Notes under the pieces: generated by a model | Told to the model about the DNA's origin: nothing | Databases searched by the model: none | Seen by the model: the letters and a program-made list of their open reading frames with translations, nothing else | Assembly: GCA_038321985.1 (NCBI GenBank) | Contig: JBBQFN010000001.1 | Location: 352,001 to 416,000, forward strand | Reading direction: 5' to 3' | DNA from: Cyanophyceae cyanobacterium | GTDB lineage: Bacteria > Cyanobacteriota > Cyanobacteriia > Cyanobacteriales > Laspinemataceae | Length of the DNA stretch: 64,000 nucleotides | Part shown: piece after piece, positions 53,672 to 64,000 of the stretch | How the letters are laid out: each line of letters opens with the position of its first letter | Numbering within the stretch: position 1 is the stretch's first letter | Translations under genes and position numbers: made by a program

Positions 53672-55570
53672 TCAGGGAACGGCGGGGGTCTCTGCGGCGG
53701 ATTGCACCAGGGGCAGTTCGATCGCGAACTCTGCGCCTTCTCTAGAGGTGGAATGGCAGGTGAGTCGTCCCCCATGTTGTTGTACCACAATCTGGTAACT
53801 GATCGAGAGTCCTAATCCTCTGCCTTTTCCTACAGGTTTTGTGGTAAAGAAGGGGTCAAATAAGCGCGATCGCCCTGATTCGCTAATCCCGGGACCATTA
53901 TCTTTAATCCGAATCAAAACCATTTGGTTTTCGGTGAGTTCGGTAGAAATGTGAATTGTCGGCACAAAATCTGGCTCAGTTGAATTTGCTTCCCGAGCTT
54001 TGATGTGAGCCAGGAAGACATCAATTAAGACATCGATCGCATTATTCAAAAGGTTAAAAAAAACTTGGTTTAATCCGCTTGGATAACACCGAACCGGCGG
54101 AATTTTCCCATAGTTTTTAATCAATTTAATTTCTTTTTCCTCTGCTATTTTAAGTCGATGGGCCAACAAAATCAGAGTGGTCTCTATATTTTCATGAATA
54201 TCTACTTTTTTCACTCCCGCTTCATCCATTAGGGAGAACTTCCGCAAAGATAAGACAATTTGATTGATGCGCTCAGCTCCAGCAGCAATCGAAGTAATCA
54301 TTTTTCTTAAATCTTTTCGGAGAAAATCAAAATCAATTTCTTCCATCTGTTGCCGAATTTTCTCATTGGGTGGATGTTCGGATTCATAAGACTCTAAGAG
54401 ATTTAATAAATCTGTAGTCGCCCCCTCAACATGAGAAATATTGCCATAAATAAAATTTACGGGGTTATTAATTTCATGGGCAATTCCGGCGACTAATTGA
54501 CCTAAGCCTACCATTTTTTCATTCTGAACCAATTGAACTTGAGCTTCTTGAAGCTCAGTTAAAGCTTGTTCGATTTTCTGCTTTTGATGACGCACCACTG
54601 CTTCCGCCTGTAGTCGGGCTGCATCAGTCTGTTTGCGAGAGGAAATATCCCGGGCGATCGCCAGAACCTCCGATGCTCCACTTTTGACATAGCGGACCTC
54701 ATAGGAGACCCATTTCTCTTGATTTTTATCCCGTTGAATGTACTCCCCAAGCTGGAGTTCTGAAGTCAGCAGAGTTTGGTTGACATAATGCATAATCCAA
54801 ATGGCTAAATCATCGGATAATACTTGATTAATATGTTTTCCCACAAAACTAGAATCTGCGGGTAAAGACTCACAAATGGGAAAAATTTCGCGCGTAAAAT
54901 CCGGTTTATTAGGGAGAGAATTAAGCGGCGGATATTCCGAATCTTCTCCGTTTAGCTCTACCCGGGCATTGGAGGGGCTGCGATAATCCAAAAAAAATCC
55001 ATCGGCGCTAATCCGAAACATCACATCCGGAATGGCATTGACCAAGGCGCGATTTTTGGCTTCACTAATCTCTAGAGAGCGTTGAATGGTTTGGCGCTCA
55101 ATAATCTCTTGTTCTAAGCAAAGATTTTGTTCTTGAAGGTTAATTTGGAATTTGCGTAAATTCAGGTGAGTTTGGACTCGGGATAAAACTTCCGCCTCTT
55201 GGAATGGCTTGGAAATATAATCGACGCCTCCGGCTTCAAATGCTTTAACTTTATCTTCGACATCATTAAGCGAACTTAAAAAAATCACCGGAATTTGGCG
55301 CGTTATTTCATGGTCTTTCAACCATTTACAAACCTCATAGCCATTCATTCCAGGCATCATGACATCGAGGAGGATTAAATCGGGCAAGGTATTGTTACAA
55401 ACGGTTAAAGCCATTTCTCCCTTCAAGGCTTTGTAAACTCGGTAGCCATTTTCAGTCAATACCGACGATAAAAGGCGCACGTTATCGGGGGTGTCGTCCA
55501 CGACCAAAATATTCGGGCGCTTGTTTTTAGATTTTTTGGGTTTAGTCACTTCAACTGGAGCGTGATTCAT
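53672..55570 (-). CDS. Hybrid sensor kinase: receiver, PAS, HisKA, HATPase
   Basis: VVDD...LDVMMP...KPF; AGIAHEINNP; DNGPGI...FDPFFTTK..GKGRGLGL. ATGA overlap with the upstream kinase. Confidence 0.92.
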   Translation of the reverse strand: MNHAPVEVTKPKKSKNKRPNILVVDDTPDNVRLLSSVLTENGYRVYKALKGEMALTVCNNTLPDLILLDVMMPGMNGYEVCKWLKDHEITRQIPVIFLSSLNDVEDKVKAFEAGGVDYISKPFQEAEVLSRVQTHLNLRKFQINLQEQNLCLEQEIIERQTIQRSLEISEAKNRALVNAIPDVMFRISADGFFLDYRSPSNARVELNGEDSEYPPLNSLPNKPDFTREIFPICESLPADSSFVGKHINQVLSDDLAIWIMHYVNQTLLTSELQLGEYIQRDKNQEKWVSYEVRYVKSGASEVLAIARDISSRKQTDAARLQAEAVVRHQKQKIEQALTELQEAQVQLVQNEKMVGLGQLVAGIAHEINNPVNFIYGNISHVEGATTDLLNLLESYESEHPPNEKIRQQMEEIDFDFLRKDLRKMITSIAAGAERINQIVLSLRKFSLMDEAGVKKVDIHENIETTLILLAHRLKIAEEKEIKLIKNYGKIPPVRCYPSGLNQVFFNLLNNAIDVLIDVFLAHIKAREANSTEPDFVPTIHISTELTENQMVLIRIKDNGPGISESGRSRLFDPFFTTKPVGKGRGLGLSISYQIVVQQHGGRLTCHSTSREGAEFAIELPLVQSAAETPAVP

Positions 55571-58500
55571 GCCTCCTCCTGTTCCGTTAATTCAATAATC
55601 ATTTCAAAATCAAAATTTTTCGCCAATGCTCTTAAGGCATGAGCCAGGGGAGCTCTTTCTGCCGGAATGAATTCGAGTAAAGCAAAAATTGCATCATCGT
55701 AACCTTGGCAAGCTGACTGATAAAGTTCTCCAATAAAATCCGGAGGCATTTGGGATAAATAATCTTTGATTTCATCTGCACTTAAGGGGTTATCCTGTGG
55801 AGTTTCTTGTGGGGAATCTAAGGGGATTTTTGTTTCATAAAGATATCTAACCCCTAGATGATTAGAGATTTTTTCCAGCAGCACTTCGGCTCGAAAGGGT
55901 TTGTGAAGAAAATCATCGCAACCGCAGGATAAAATACCTTGGCGTTCTTCTTCAAAAGCACTGGCAGTAAGGGCAATAATTGCCGTTTTCTGACCTTTAA
56001 AAGTGGCTTTAATTTCTTGAGTGGCTTGATAACCATCCAGGACTGGCATCCGCATATCCATACAAATCAAATGGGGATCCCAACTGGACCACAGGGCGAT
56101 CGCCTCTTGACCATTTTCTGCTTCCTGTACCTCAAAGCCAATCTCGGAAAGCAGGGTCACTAAAAAACGGCGATTGTTAACTGCATCATCGACGACTAAA
56201 ATTCGGTAGCGTTCCTGATCACCCTCTAGTCCAATCACTTTACAAGGGGATTTTTCATCGGTTTCCGGGGTGCCGTGGATTTCAACAATTTGAATATTAA
56301 AGCTAAAAATTGTCCCCACTCCCACCGTGCTGCTAACCTGAATATCTCCTCCCATTAATTGTACGAATTTACGGCTAATTGGCAAGCCTAATCCCGTTCC
56401 TTGCTGAGATTTACGCCCCGTTTCGGTTTGGTAAAAGGCTTCAAAAAGCTGATTCATTTCTTCGGGCGCAATTCCGGGGCCAGTATCTGCGATTTCAAAG
56501 CAGAGGGTTGAGGGAATTCCGGAGAAACCCGGGGAATTTTTTAAGTCGGTATTTCCCGGATTGGCTTCTAGTCTGGCCCGCAAGGTAACTCCACCAGATT
56601 CTGTAAATTTTAGCGCATTCCCTAAAATATTGATTAAAATCTGACGCAATTTGCTTTCGTCAGAGAGGATCATTCCCGGGATGTTGGGATCTAACTCAAA
56701 ACTGAACTGTAAGCCTTTGCTTTCCGCTTGAACCTTGAGCATAGCTTCTAGGTTCCTGAGCAGAGAAATCAAATGAAATGAAGTCGGGTTAAAGACGGTT
56801 CTACCCGCCTCAATTTTTGACATTTCTAGAATATCATTAATTAAAGAGAGTAAGTGTTCTCCGGCCTGATTGATAATTTTTAAGTTCTCCTGGTGTTGCG
56901 CGCTTAAGGATGAATTGCGATTCATCAGTTGAGTAAATCCCAAGATGGCATTGAGAGGGGTTCGCAATTCGTGACTCATGTTCGCCAGAAATTCACTTTT
57001 AGCTTGGTTGGCAGCATCTGCGGCGATCGCCGCTTGGTGGAGGGCTTCTGATTGCTTCTGGGTTTGTTCCAGTAATTCAGCTTGCTGCAAAGCTACCCCC
57101 AATTGATTGCCGATTTGATGGACAATATTGCGAGCGCTGGTTTGCCACTGACGCGGGCGATCGCTTTCGTAGGCTGCTAACAATCCCCAGAGTTTTGATC
57201 CGCAAAAAATGGGGACAATTATGTAAGCTCTAACTTTAAATTCTTCTAGTCTCGCTAAGTAACAAGGGCTAAAGTTCCGTTCATAAATGTCTTCAACAAC
57301 TACGCAATGCCCGTCTCGGACAAAATCACCCCCTCCGGTGTTGATTAGGTTGGTATCATTCCATCCCGATAAGGAATTAATCAGAACTTGCATTTGGCAA
57401 TTTTCCGCCGGATCCGGGTGATTCGATAGGTGTAAAGATTGACGGTTTTTTCGCAAGACTGAAATTCGTTCTGAGGCTACAGCTTCCGAGACAAATTCGC
57501 CGCTATAGTCTGGATTAAAACGGTAAATTGCAACAATATCACAGCTTAGACATCCTTGCAATTCGGCAGTTGTTGCTGCAAAAATGGTCTCTAAATCCAG
57601 AGATTGCCGAATTTGCTGGACTGCGGAGGTGACTGCCTTTTCCCGTTCGGCACTTTCCCGCAGTGCGGCTTCACTTTGCTTGAGTTTGGTAATATCCGTG
57701 GCCGTACCTAGCAGTTGCTTAACCGTGCCATCTTCAGCCCGGGCAAAAATAGTTTCCCGGGCCAAAACATTGCGCCATTCCCCCCGAATATTTCTAATCC
57801 GATACTCTAGTTCCCAAATTTCTCCCTCTTGCCCTCGCGAGATGGTTTGAAAATGTTCGCCAATTTTTTCAAAGTCCTCGGGGTGAATCAGGGTCGGTAA
57901 CAAATTGGTTCCCAATTGGGAAACTTCTTCGGAGGAATAGCCCAAGGTTTCGGCAATTTCTCGGTTGGCATAAATGTTACGCTGTTCTAAAATATCGTAA
58001 ATATATAAAAGATTAGGCGAAGTATCGGCGATATGCTGGACAAATCGCTGACTGATTTGCAATGCTTCTTCAGCTTTTTGGCGTTCAAGAATTTCCGCCT
58101 TAGCTTGTTCAAATAAGGTCGATTGTTGAACGGCGATCGCCAGTTGTTGGGCAATAGAGCGCAGGGATTCTATTTCCGCAGGATGCCATTGTCGGGGACT
58201 TTGACAGTGATGAGCTATCAGTAAGCCCCACAAATTCTGCTCTCTTAAAATCGGAATGATTAGTTTTGCCCTAATACTGAGGAGTTTAATCAACTCGGAT
58301 AGGCAAGGTAAATAGTTGACCCAATCCGTATTTTCAATGGCTACAACTTCCCCTTGCTGGTAACGGTCTCGGTCTTCGGGGCTAAAGAGTTCGTTGGGAA
58401 AATTATTCCCTTCAAAATTGGGGCAATTTGGACCCGAAGAGTGAGTGACTACAACCCCTGTGCCATCAGGATCGAGCCGGTAAATTAATACGCGATCGTT

Positions 58501-61500
58501 GACTAAAAATTGGCGAACTTCATGGGCGGCAGTGGTTAAAACTTCTTTCAAATTCAAAGAGGAGCGAATCCGCTCTTGGATAAAATTGAGTAATTGCTCC
58601 CGCTTGAGTTGTTGTTCAAGGGCTATTTCTGCTTGCTTGCGATCGCTGATATTAAAACTTGTCCCAATCAGCCGGTAAATGCGACTGCTGCTGTCAAAAA
58701 TTGGGCTTAAATGGGTCAGCCACCAGCTTTCTTGTCCATCTAGGGTAAACTTTTCTTCATAGGTTATCCGTTCTCGGGTTTCGATGCAGTAGCGATACCG
58801 ATGAATCACCTCCTGGGCGACTGCGGTAGGCAAAAGTTGTTCTGGAGTTGTTCCCCTCATTTCTTCCGCAGAAATTTGCCAAATCCATTCATGGGTTGGA
58901 TTACTATCAAAGTAGCAGAACGTTCCATCTTCCAAAACATCAACAATAAAAATAGCCGTTTCTACCCCTTCATAGATACTGCGTAAAAACTGTTCACTTT
59001 CTTTCAGAGAGGCTTGGGCTCGAATCTGCTCTGTGACCTCTTCAAAATAAACCGAAATTCCTTCCTGGGTGGGGTAAGCATGAACTTCAAACCAACCATT
59101 TAAGGGGGGATAAAACTCCAGGAACTCGCGTCTCGTATTTTCAGCAACAACCCGGTGATATTCCTCGTAAAATTTAGAACCACAGGCTTCGGGAAATTCT
59201 ACCCAAAGACTTTTGCCGAGGAGTTCTTCTTTACTTCTTTGGAAGAGGATCTCAGCTTGGGGGTTGATATAAGTAAATCGCCACTGAGAATCAAGGCTAA
59301 AGAAAGCATCCCTAATACTTTCCAAGATATTCGTGACCCGATTTGTAGCAGCTTCGGCTTCAGCCCATGCAGCTTGCTCACGATCGAGCAGTTGCAAACG
59401 CTCTTGTTCGGCTTGCTTGCGATCGCTGATATCGATCGCAGTCCCTAAAATTTGGGTCACCTTTCCTTGGGCATCTTTGGCAAATACCAGTTCCCGAACT
59501 GCGAAAGTCCGCCAGACTTCTGTCACATCTCGGAGGCGATATTCTCTTTTAAATAGATGACCGTCTTCATAAAGCCCATAGCTTTTTAGTCTCTCGGGAA
59601 TTTGGTTAAAATCTTCCGGGTCTATCAGGATTTCAAAAATATTCTCCCCCATTCCTTCAACTTCATCTTTGGAATAGCCGAGGATTTCGCCTAAGGAGCG
59701 ATTGGTGTAAATAAATTTCTGGGATACTATGTCATAAACATATAAAAAATTCGGATAAAAATTAGCAATGCTTTGAATGAAATCTTCTCGCTCTTGTAAA
59801 GTTTTTTCGGCCCGCTGGCGTTCAATTTCTGCCCCGGCCCGCGCCGAAAAAATCCGCAAAATCATCTCTTTTTCGGGGTTAACCTCCAGAGACTTATCGT
59901 CCATTACAGCTAAAATTCCTACCTTATTTCCCATCGAATCATTTAAAGGTATTCCGAAATAGCTGTGGGCATTTAGCTCAACTAAATCGAGGTCTAGAGG
60001 AAATAAGGATTGCAAATCTTTGGGATAAAGCTGGGCTTGCCCTTTGGCAACTGCCCCACAAGGACTGACTTCAAGGGAATACTCGAAGTTATCTAGATAG
60101 TTTTCTCCGTTCCAAAAGGCTAAAGCTCGCGCTTTCGTCGCAGGAGAATCGACAAATTCAGAAATGAAAGCATACCGAACTTGCAGGACTTGAGCTAGAT
60201 AGCGGGTGCAGGAATAAAATAAATTTTCTCCGGTACTAGAAGCGGTTCCCTCTACAATTAATCGCAGGGATTCTTCCTGTTGTTTGTGATCGCTGATTTC
60301 TCGGGCGACTGCTAAAATCGATTCCACTTCTCCATTGTTTCCCAACTCCGGGACAATTCGGACAAACAACCATCTAACCCCGTCCCCTCTGGGCACTGCA
60401 CATTCGAGGGTCTGTTGAGTTCCGGTCTCGAATGCTTGTTGCATCACCCCAACCCACTGAGAGACCCAGGTATCAGGAAACCCTAATTCTTGAATAGTTT
60501 TACCGAACAGTTCCCCACTGGGAATGCCAAAAATATCTTCCGAGGAAGAGTTGGCATAGAGATAGCCAAACTGGCGATCAAACCGCCAAATCAAATCCGG
60601 TGCTTGTTCCACTACGGCTCTAAATTCTCTTTCGCGTTGGGTGAGAACTTCTTCGACTTGGATGCGATCGTAAATTTCTGTTTGTAACTGGGTATTTTGC
60701 GCTATTAGTTCCGCTTCAATTCGGGAATGTTCCTGCAATTCCTGTTCCCGAAATAAAATTTCCTCCTGTAAGCGATTGTTCGTCTGATTTAATTCAATGA
60801 CTCGGCCATCAAGTTGCTGTTGCAACACCTCTAAGGTGGCCGAAACTTCTATGGGGCTTAAGGCTTTTAACAGGCCCGTTTGAGTGAGAATCCCGCTTAC
60901 ATTTCCCGATTCATTAACCGTGACTAAACGGCGAATTCGGCGTTCTTCCATGAATCGGTAAGCGTTCCACAAGGACTCCTCGGTTTTAAGCGTTAGTACC
61001 GGGGTACTCATCAACTCAGAAGCGACCGTTTCGGCTAAGTTTAAGTTTGAATTTATAAATTTAACGATATCCCCTTCAGTAATAACCCCAATTGGTAAAA
61101 TCTCCGATTCATTATTTTTAGCCTCACTAATGACAATGCAGCTAGCCTGATTGACTGCCATTTTTTGGATTACTTTTTCCACAGAAGCAGTCGGAGGTAA
61201 ATGAAATACACGACGATTCATTACCTGGGAGACTGGCTTTAATTTTAATGAATCTGGGGGTTTTAAAAAGTCACGAATGCTATTTTGAGTAATCAGCCCC
61301 AGGATATTTCCAGAGGCATCCATAGCCGGTAGGTGGCGAATGTGGTGCTGGCGCAGGGTCGATAAGACCGAAAAGATATCTAAGTCGGAGGAAACTACAA
61401 TTCGCACCGGATCAGGGGTCATGATTGCTGCAACCTTGACAGTGCTAAGGTCCACTGCCTCAGCGGTGATTCTCACCAGGTGTCGTTCGGTCAAAATGCC

Positions 61501-61638
61501 AACTAGCTGATGATTATCCACCACTAATGCACAACTGACTCGCTCTTGACTCATCAGAGCGATCGCGTCCCTAACCCAGCTATCGGGCGCTATAAATAAC
61601 CCGTTTTTTTCAATCATAGCAATCCGGTCTAAATTCAT
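55567..61638 (-). CDS. Large hybrid sensor kinase: 4 CBS, multiple PAS, 3 GAF (two cyanobacteriochrome-like), HisKA, HATPase, receiver
   Basis: N-terminal CBS pairs; PAS motifs; FLANMSHELRTPLNAILG; DTGPGI; receiver MDMRMP. Confidence 0.92.
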   Translation of the reverse strand: MNLDRIAMIEKNGLFIAPDSWVRDAIALMSQERVSCALVVDNHQLVGILTERHLVRITAEAVDLSTVKVAAIMTPDPVRIVVSSDLDIFSVLSTLRQHHIRHLPAMDASGNILGLITQNSIRDFLKPPDSLKLKPVSQVMNRRVFHLPPTASVEKVIQKMAVNQASCIVISEAKNNESEILPIGVITEGDIVKFINSNLNLAETVASELMSTPVLTLKTEESLWNAYRFMEERRIRRLVTVNESGNVSGILTQTGLLKALSPIEVSATLEVLQQQLDGRVIELNQTNNRLQEEILFREQELQEHSRIEAELIAQNTQLQTEIYDRIQVEEVLTQREREFRAVVEQAPDLIWRFDRQFGYLYANSSSEDIFGIPSGELFGKTIQELGFPDTWVSQWVGVMQQAFETGTQQTLECAVPRGDGVRWLFVRIVPELGNNGEVESILAVAREISDHKQQEESLRLIVEGTASSTGENLFYSCTRYLAQVLQVRYAFISEFVDSPATKARALAFWNGENYLDNFEYSLEVSPCGAVAKGQAQLYPKDLQSLFPLDLDLVELNAHSYFGIPLNDSMGNKVGILAVMDDKSLEVNPEKEMILRIFSARAGAEIERQRAEKTLQEREDFIQSIANFYPNFLYVYDIVSQKFIYTNRSLGEILGYSKDEVEGMGENIFEILIDPEDFNQIPERLKSYGLYEDGHLFKREYRLRDVTEVWRTFAVRELVFAKDAQGKVTQILGTAIDISDRKQAEQERLQLLDREQAAWAEAEAATNRVTNILESIRDAFFSLDSQWRFTYINPQAEILFQRSKEELLGKSLWVEFPEACGSKFYEEYHRVVAENTRREFLEFYPPLNGWFEVHAYPTQEGISVYFEEVTEQIRAQASLKESEQFLRSIYEGVETAIFIVDVLEDGTFCYFDSNPTHEWIWQISAEEMRGTTPEQLLPTAVAQEVIHRYRYCIETRERITYEEKFTLDGQESWWLTHLSPIFDSSSRIYRLIGTSFNISDRKQAEIALEQQLKREQLLNFIQERIRSSLNLKEVLTTAAHEVRQFLVNDRVLIYRLDPDGTGVVVTHSSGPNCPNFEGNNFPNELFSPEDRDRYQQGEVVAIENTDWVNYLPCLSELIKLLSIRAKLIIPILREQNLWGLLIAHHCQSPRQWHPAEIESLRSIAQQLAIAVQQSTLFEQAKAEILERQKAEEALQISQRFVQHIADTSPNLLYIYDILEQRNIYANREIAETLGYSSEEVSQLGTNLLPTLIHPEDFEKIGEHFQTISRGQEGEIWELEYRIRNIRGEWRNVLARETIFARAEDGTVKQLLGTATDITKLKQSEAALRESAEREKAVTSAVQQIRQSLDLETIFAATTAELQGCLSCDIVAIYRFNPDYSGEFVSEAVASERISVLRKNRQSLHLSNHPDPAENCQMQVLINSLSGWNDTNLINTGGGDFVRDGHCVVVEDIYERNFSPCYLARLEEFKVRAYIIVPIFCGSKLWGLLAAYESDRPRQWQTSARNIVHQIGNQLGVALQQAELLEQTQKQSEALHQAAIAADAANQAKSEFLANMSHELRTPLNAILGFTQLMNRNSSLSAQHQENLKIINQAGEHLLSLINDILEMSKIEAGRTVFNPTSFHLISLLRNLEAMLKVQAESKGLQFSFELDPNIPGMILSDESKLRQILINILGNALKFTESGGVTLRARLEANPGNTDLKNSPGFSGIPSTLCFEIADTGPGIAPEEMNQLFEAFYQTETGRKSQQGTGLGLPISRKFVQLMGGDIQVSSTVGVGTIFSFNIQIVEIHGTPETDEKSPCKVIGLEGDQERYRILVVDDAVNNRRFLVTLLSEIGFEVQEAENGQEAIALWSSWDPHLICMDMRMPVLDGYQATQEIKATFKGQKTAIIALTASAFEEERQGILSCGCDDFLHKPFRAEVLLEKISNHLGVRYLYETKIPLDSPQETPQDNPLSADEIKDYLSQMPPDFIGELYQSACQGYDDAIFALLEFIPAERAPLAHALRALAKNFDFEMIIELTEQEEA

Positions 61639-62371
61639 TTTCTATCCATTATCGACGGGATTTTATAAAGTTTTATCCTCGGGCTTTTAATCTTTATGAG
61701 CCGCAAACAATTTATTGGTTAAATATATATTTGTATTAATAAAATTTAATTTCTAAGGGTTTTCACATCTGGGTGGTCACCCGTTTGCCACTCTTATTTT
61801 AATAGAGCCTATCCCAATCCTGTGTAAACTTCAGGAATAAATTTGGGAGATAAAGCCCCTGTACACATTGTTCAATTGATTTGAATTTATTCGGAAAAAA
61901 GCAATCTTTTTCATGTTATTACAACTCTTAAAGGATGATCAAGGGCAAAGTAAGGGCATCTGGGTCCCCGGAGGGCGGAATGCCCTTCGCCATTTCGATT
62001 ATATCGATTCGCTATATTAAGTCTGTCTCGATCTCCCTTAGCTGCTGACTCCGAGCAACCTTCGCCAATCAGAGTGGCCTTATAAACTGGTCGGGACCAA
62101 TTTAGAACAGTAATTATACCAGATTAAGTGACTTTTAACAACTGGGTTTTTGGGGATTTTTTGGGGTGATTTTGATAGGGTAATCGCAGTACGACCCCAG
62201 TACAGTTGTAGGCTATATAAAACCTGCACCCCTACAGGGTAAGGCTATACAGACGGAGTTCTGCCTTCTCGGGCCACCGAAAAAACAGGTTTAACCGAAT
62301 TTTGTATGACTCAATCCCGGAGATTGGGCCTCATCAAAAAAAAGCGCACCGAGTCCAAGCGGGAATCTGAC

Positions 62372-62398
62372 AAAACAAAGCCCGCCTAGGTGCGGGCT
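62372..62398 (-). terminator. Probable intrinsic terminator of the 62426-62818 ORF
   Basis: AGCCCGC-ACCTAG-GCGGGCT followed by TTGTTTT on the minus strand. Confidence 0.55.
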
Positions 62399-62425
62399 GA
62401 TTTAAAAAAGGCTTGGGGAGGGAAT

Positions 62426-62818
62426 TTAAGGTGGTGTGTTCCTAATCCCTGGGGAACCGCAGTGCAAGACCTGAGCACGATAGGAGACAAAGGTCGTAGC
62501 TGCCACAATACCCACTACCCCTGTAACCCCGGCTAAGGTGGTGGTGAGGATATTTAATAAGCTCAAGCTCACTAGGGCCATTGATGTGGCGACAGAGGCC
62601 CAAACGGAAAAGACATCTAGAGTACAGGTGAGGATGAGCAAAACTAGGGTGAGCCCGATCGCACTTAGAGCGCGACGCTGTAAAGCAATGAGCGGTTCTC
62701 TGGACTGGATTAAGGGATTTTCTATCTGTTGGGGGTAATGTAATTGGGCTGGGTGGGCCTTGACATTCATAAAGATTATCCTTTGCAGACCAGGAGATGG
62801 GTAAAAAGTTCCGTCCAT
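62426..62818 (-). CDS. Hypothetical membrane protein
   Basis: About three hydrophobic segments and a downstream terminator; start may be the internal MNVKAH. Confidence 0.5.
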   Translation of the reverse strand: MDGTFYPSPGLQRIIFMNVKAHPAQLHYPQQIENPLIQSREPLIALQRRALSAIGLTLVLLILTCTLDVFSVWASVATSMALVSLSLLNILTTTLAGVTGVVGIVAATTFVSYRAQVLHCGSPGIRNTPP

Positions 62819-62949
62819 GGCGTTAAGGGTGGATAGCTGCGGACCAATGGCTAAGTTATACAGGGTCCAGGCGGGAGGGCGATCGCCGAGGATATGGGGA
62901 GGGGGCCCATTGCCCGGGGAAAGGAAGCGATCGCCCGACTCTGTGCCAA

Positions 62950-63381
62950 TTAATAAGTTAGTTCAGGAAGGGTTAAGGCTTGAGGGGAATTAGGCCCATT
63001 CAAGTCTTTAAGATACTGCAATGCCAGCAGATACCCCATTTGATTGTTATTCTGACGGTAAACTTGGGCAGCTTGTTGTAAGTCAGAGATCGCGGCTTGC
63101 CTTTCCCCTTGATAGGCTTGGGCTTGTCCTCGGATCAAATACGCATTTCCTAACGCCGGTTCGATATCGATCGCCCGGTTGGCGTGAAAGATTGCGTTCT
63201 GATAATCTCCGACATCCAGGGCGTCTTCTGCAAGCGCTACGAAGTCAGTAGAATCCACTTCGATCACCGCCTCAGATTGCCGGGTAGACTGGGGGGATAT
63301 ATTATCGGCGATCGCTGCCGGGGCTATGCCGATACCTAAGCTAATCGCTAAAACAGTAACTATATTATAAATGCCTTTCAT
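62950..63381 (-). CDS. Exported TPR-repeat protein
   Basis: Signal peptide (..APAAIA), GDYQNAI...AYLIRGQA...AISDLQQAA TPR pattern; AAGGAG RBS. Confidence 0.87.
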   Translation of the reverse strand: MKGIYNIVTVLAISLGIGIAPAAIADNISPQSTRQSEAVIEVDSTDFVALAEDALDVGDYQNAIFHANRAIDIEPALGNAYLIRGQAQAYQGERQAAISDLQQAAQVYRQNNNQMGYLLALQYLKDLNGPNSPQALTLPELTY

Positions 63382-64000
63382 GAATATTCTCCTTAATTTT
63401 TGTCTCTTCAGTTCGGTGATCGCACAGTCTCACCGTAGGGAATTAGTCTTAGTTTTTGACTGAAACCTGTGCGATCGCCATCAACACCCTGAAGACCCGC
63501 AATTTTAGGTTTAGTCCTAGAAAAAATTGTTAAAAATCTTTAAGAACGCAGGTCGCTTACTGAGGCCATTGAAACTCCCAGTGAGTCAGGGTTCAAGGGC
63601 TTTAGCCCAAAGTCCAGTTCGGCTGTCAATTCCCTCAACTGGGGGATTCGACATTATTTATTCTGAGGGGAACTTAATCCTTTTAATCGGTTAATGTGAT
63701 TGCTCCTCGTTTAGACTTACCTTACTTTTAAGTATGTCAAAATAGTTTAAGTTAACGCTCCCCCCCCAGGCAGAGATTCCAGGGTATAGATCTAAGAAAA
63801 CCCCTCTATCGTTTGGCTTAAACCGAATCAGGGAGTTTAAATCTTGGGTAATTTTGCCCTGGCGTTTATCAAATCGTTTCAGAGGGTTCCCCGGGGAAAA
63901 AATTAATAAATATTAAATAAAATTACAAATCGAGGTCGCTGCTTTTGCTTTTTTGCTGTAAAGCGGTTTGTTGAAGAGAATGCTTCCGTAATTTCTGCTG

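Noticed and set aside
1..64000. Very frequent GCGATCGC octamer
   Set aside because: This is the well-known cyanobacterial HIP1 sequence; used only as a taxonomic clue.

Overview
64 kb of a cyanobacterial chromosome. The HIP1 octamer GCGATCGC is very frequent, and hetF plus a complete hmp motility locus point to a filamentous strain; it looks Oscillatoriales-like, but that is inference. Most of the window is housekeeping and signalling genes: S8 protease, hetF, ddl, pdxA, pedR, hisS, cofH, ccsB, tilS, the hmpF/hmpA-E (pilGHIJL-like) chemosensory cluster and two translationally coupled hybrid histidine kinases. Three things stand out. (1) The apparently empty 1.4 kb upstream of hetF holds at least three self-contained ~50-nt minus-strand sRNA units. 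Each has a TCCGGA-type (DIF1) motif about 30 nt upstream, a (G)TAGATGCAC 5' core and its own terminator. This is an NsiR1-like array, and its core is complementary to the hetF ribosome-binding site. (2) An accessory island at 12.4-17.2 kb carries a split NLR/Apaf-1-like pair: a STAND ATPase coupled by an ATGA overlap to a helical-domain + WD40 gene whose near-identical 126-bp repeats vary mainly at a few fixed codons. It is flanked by REP/MITE repeats and an AT-rich two-gene module that may be toxin-immunity. (3) A 2023-aa kinase appears to carry two different cyanobacteriochrome GAF types. No rRNA, tRNA, CRISPR array or transposase was recognised. All family assignments come from motif recognition by eye, not database searches.
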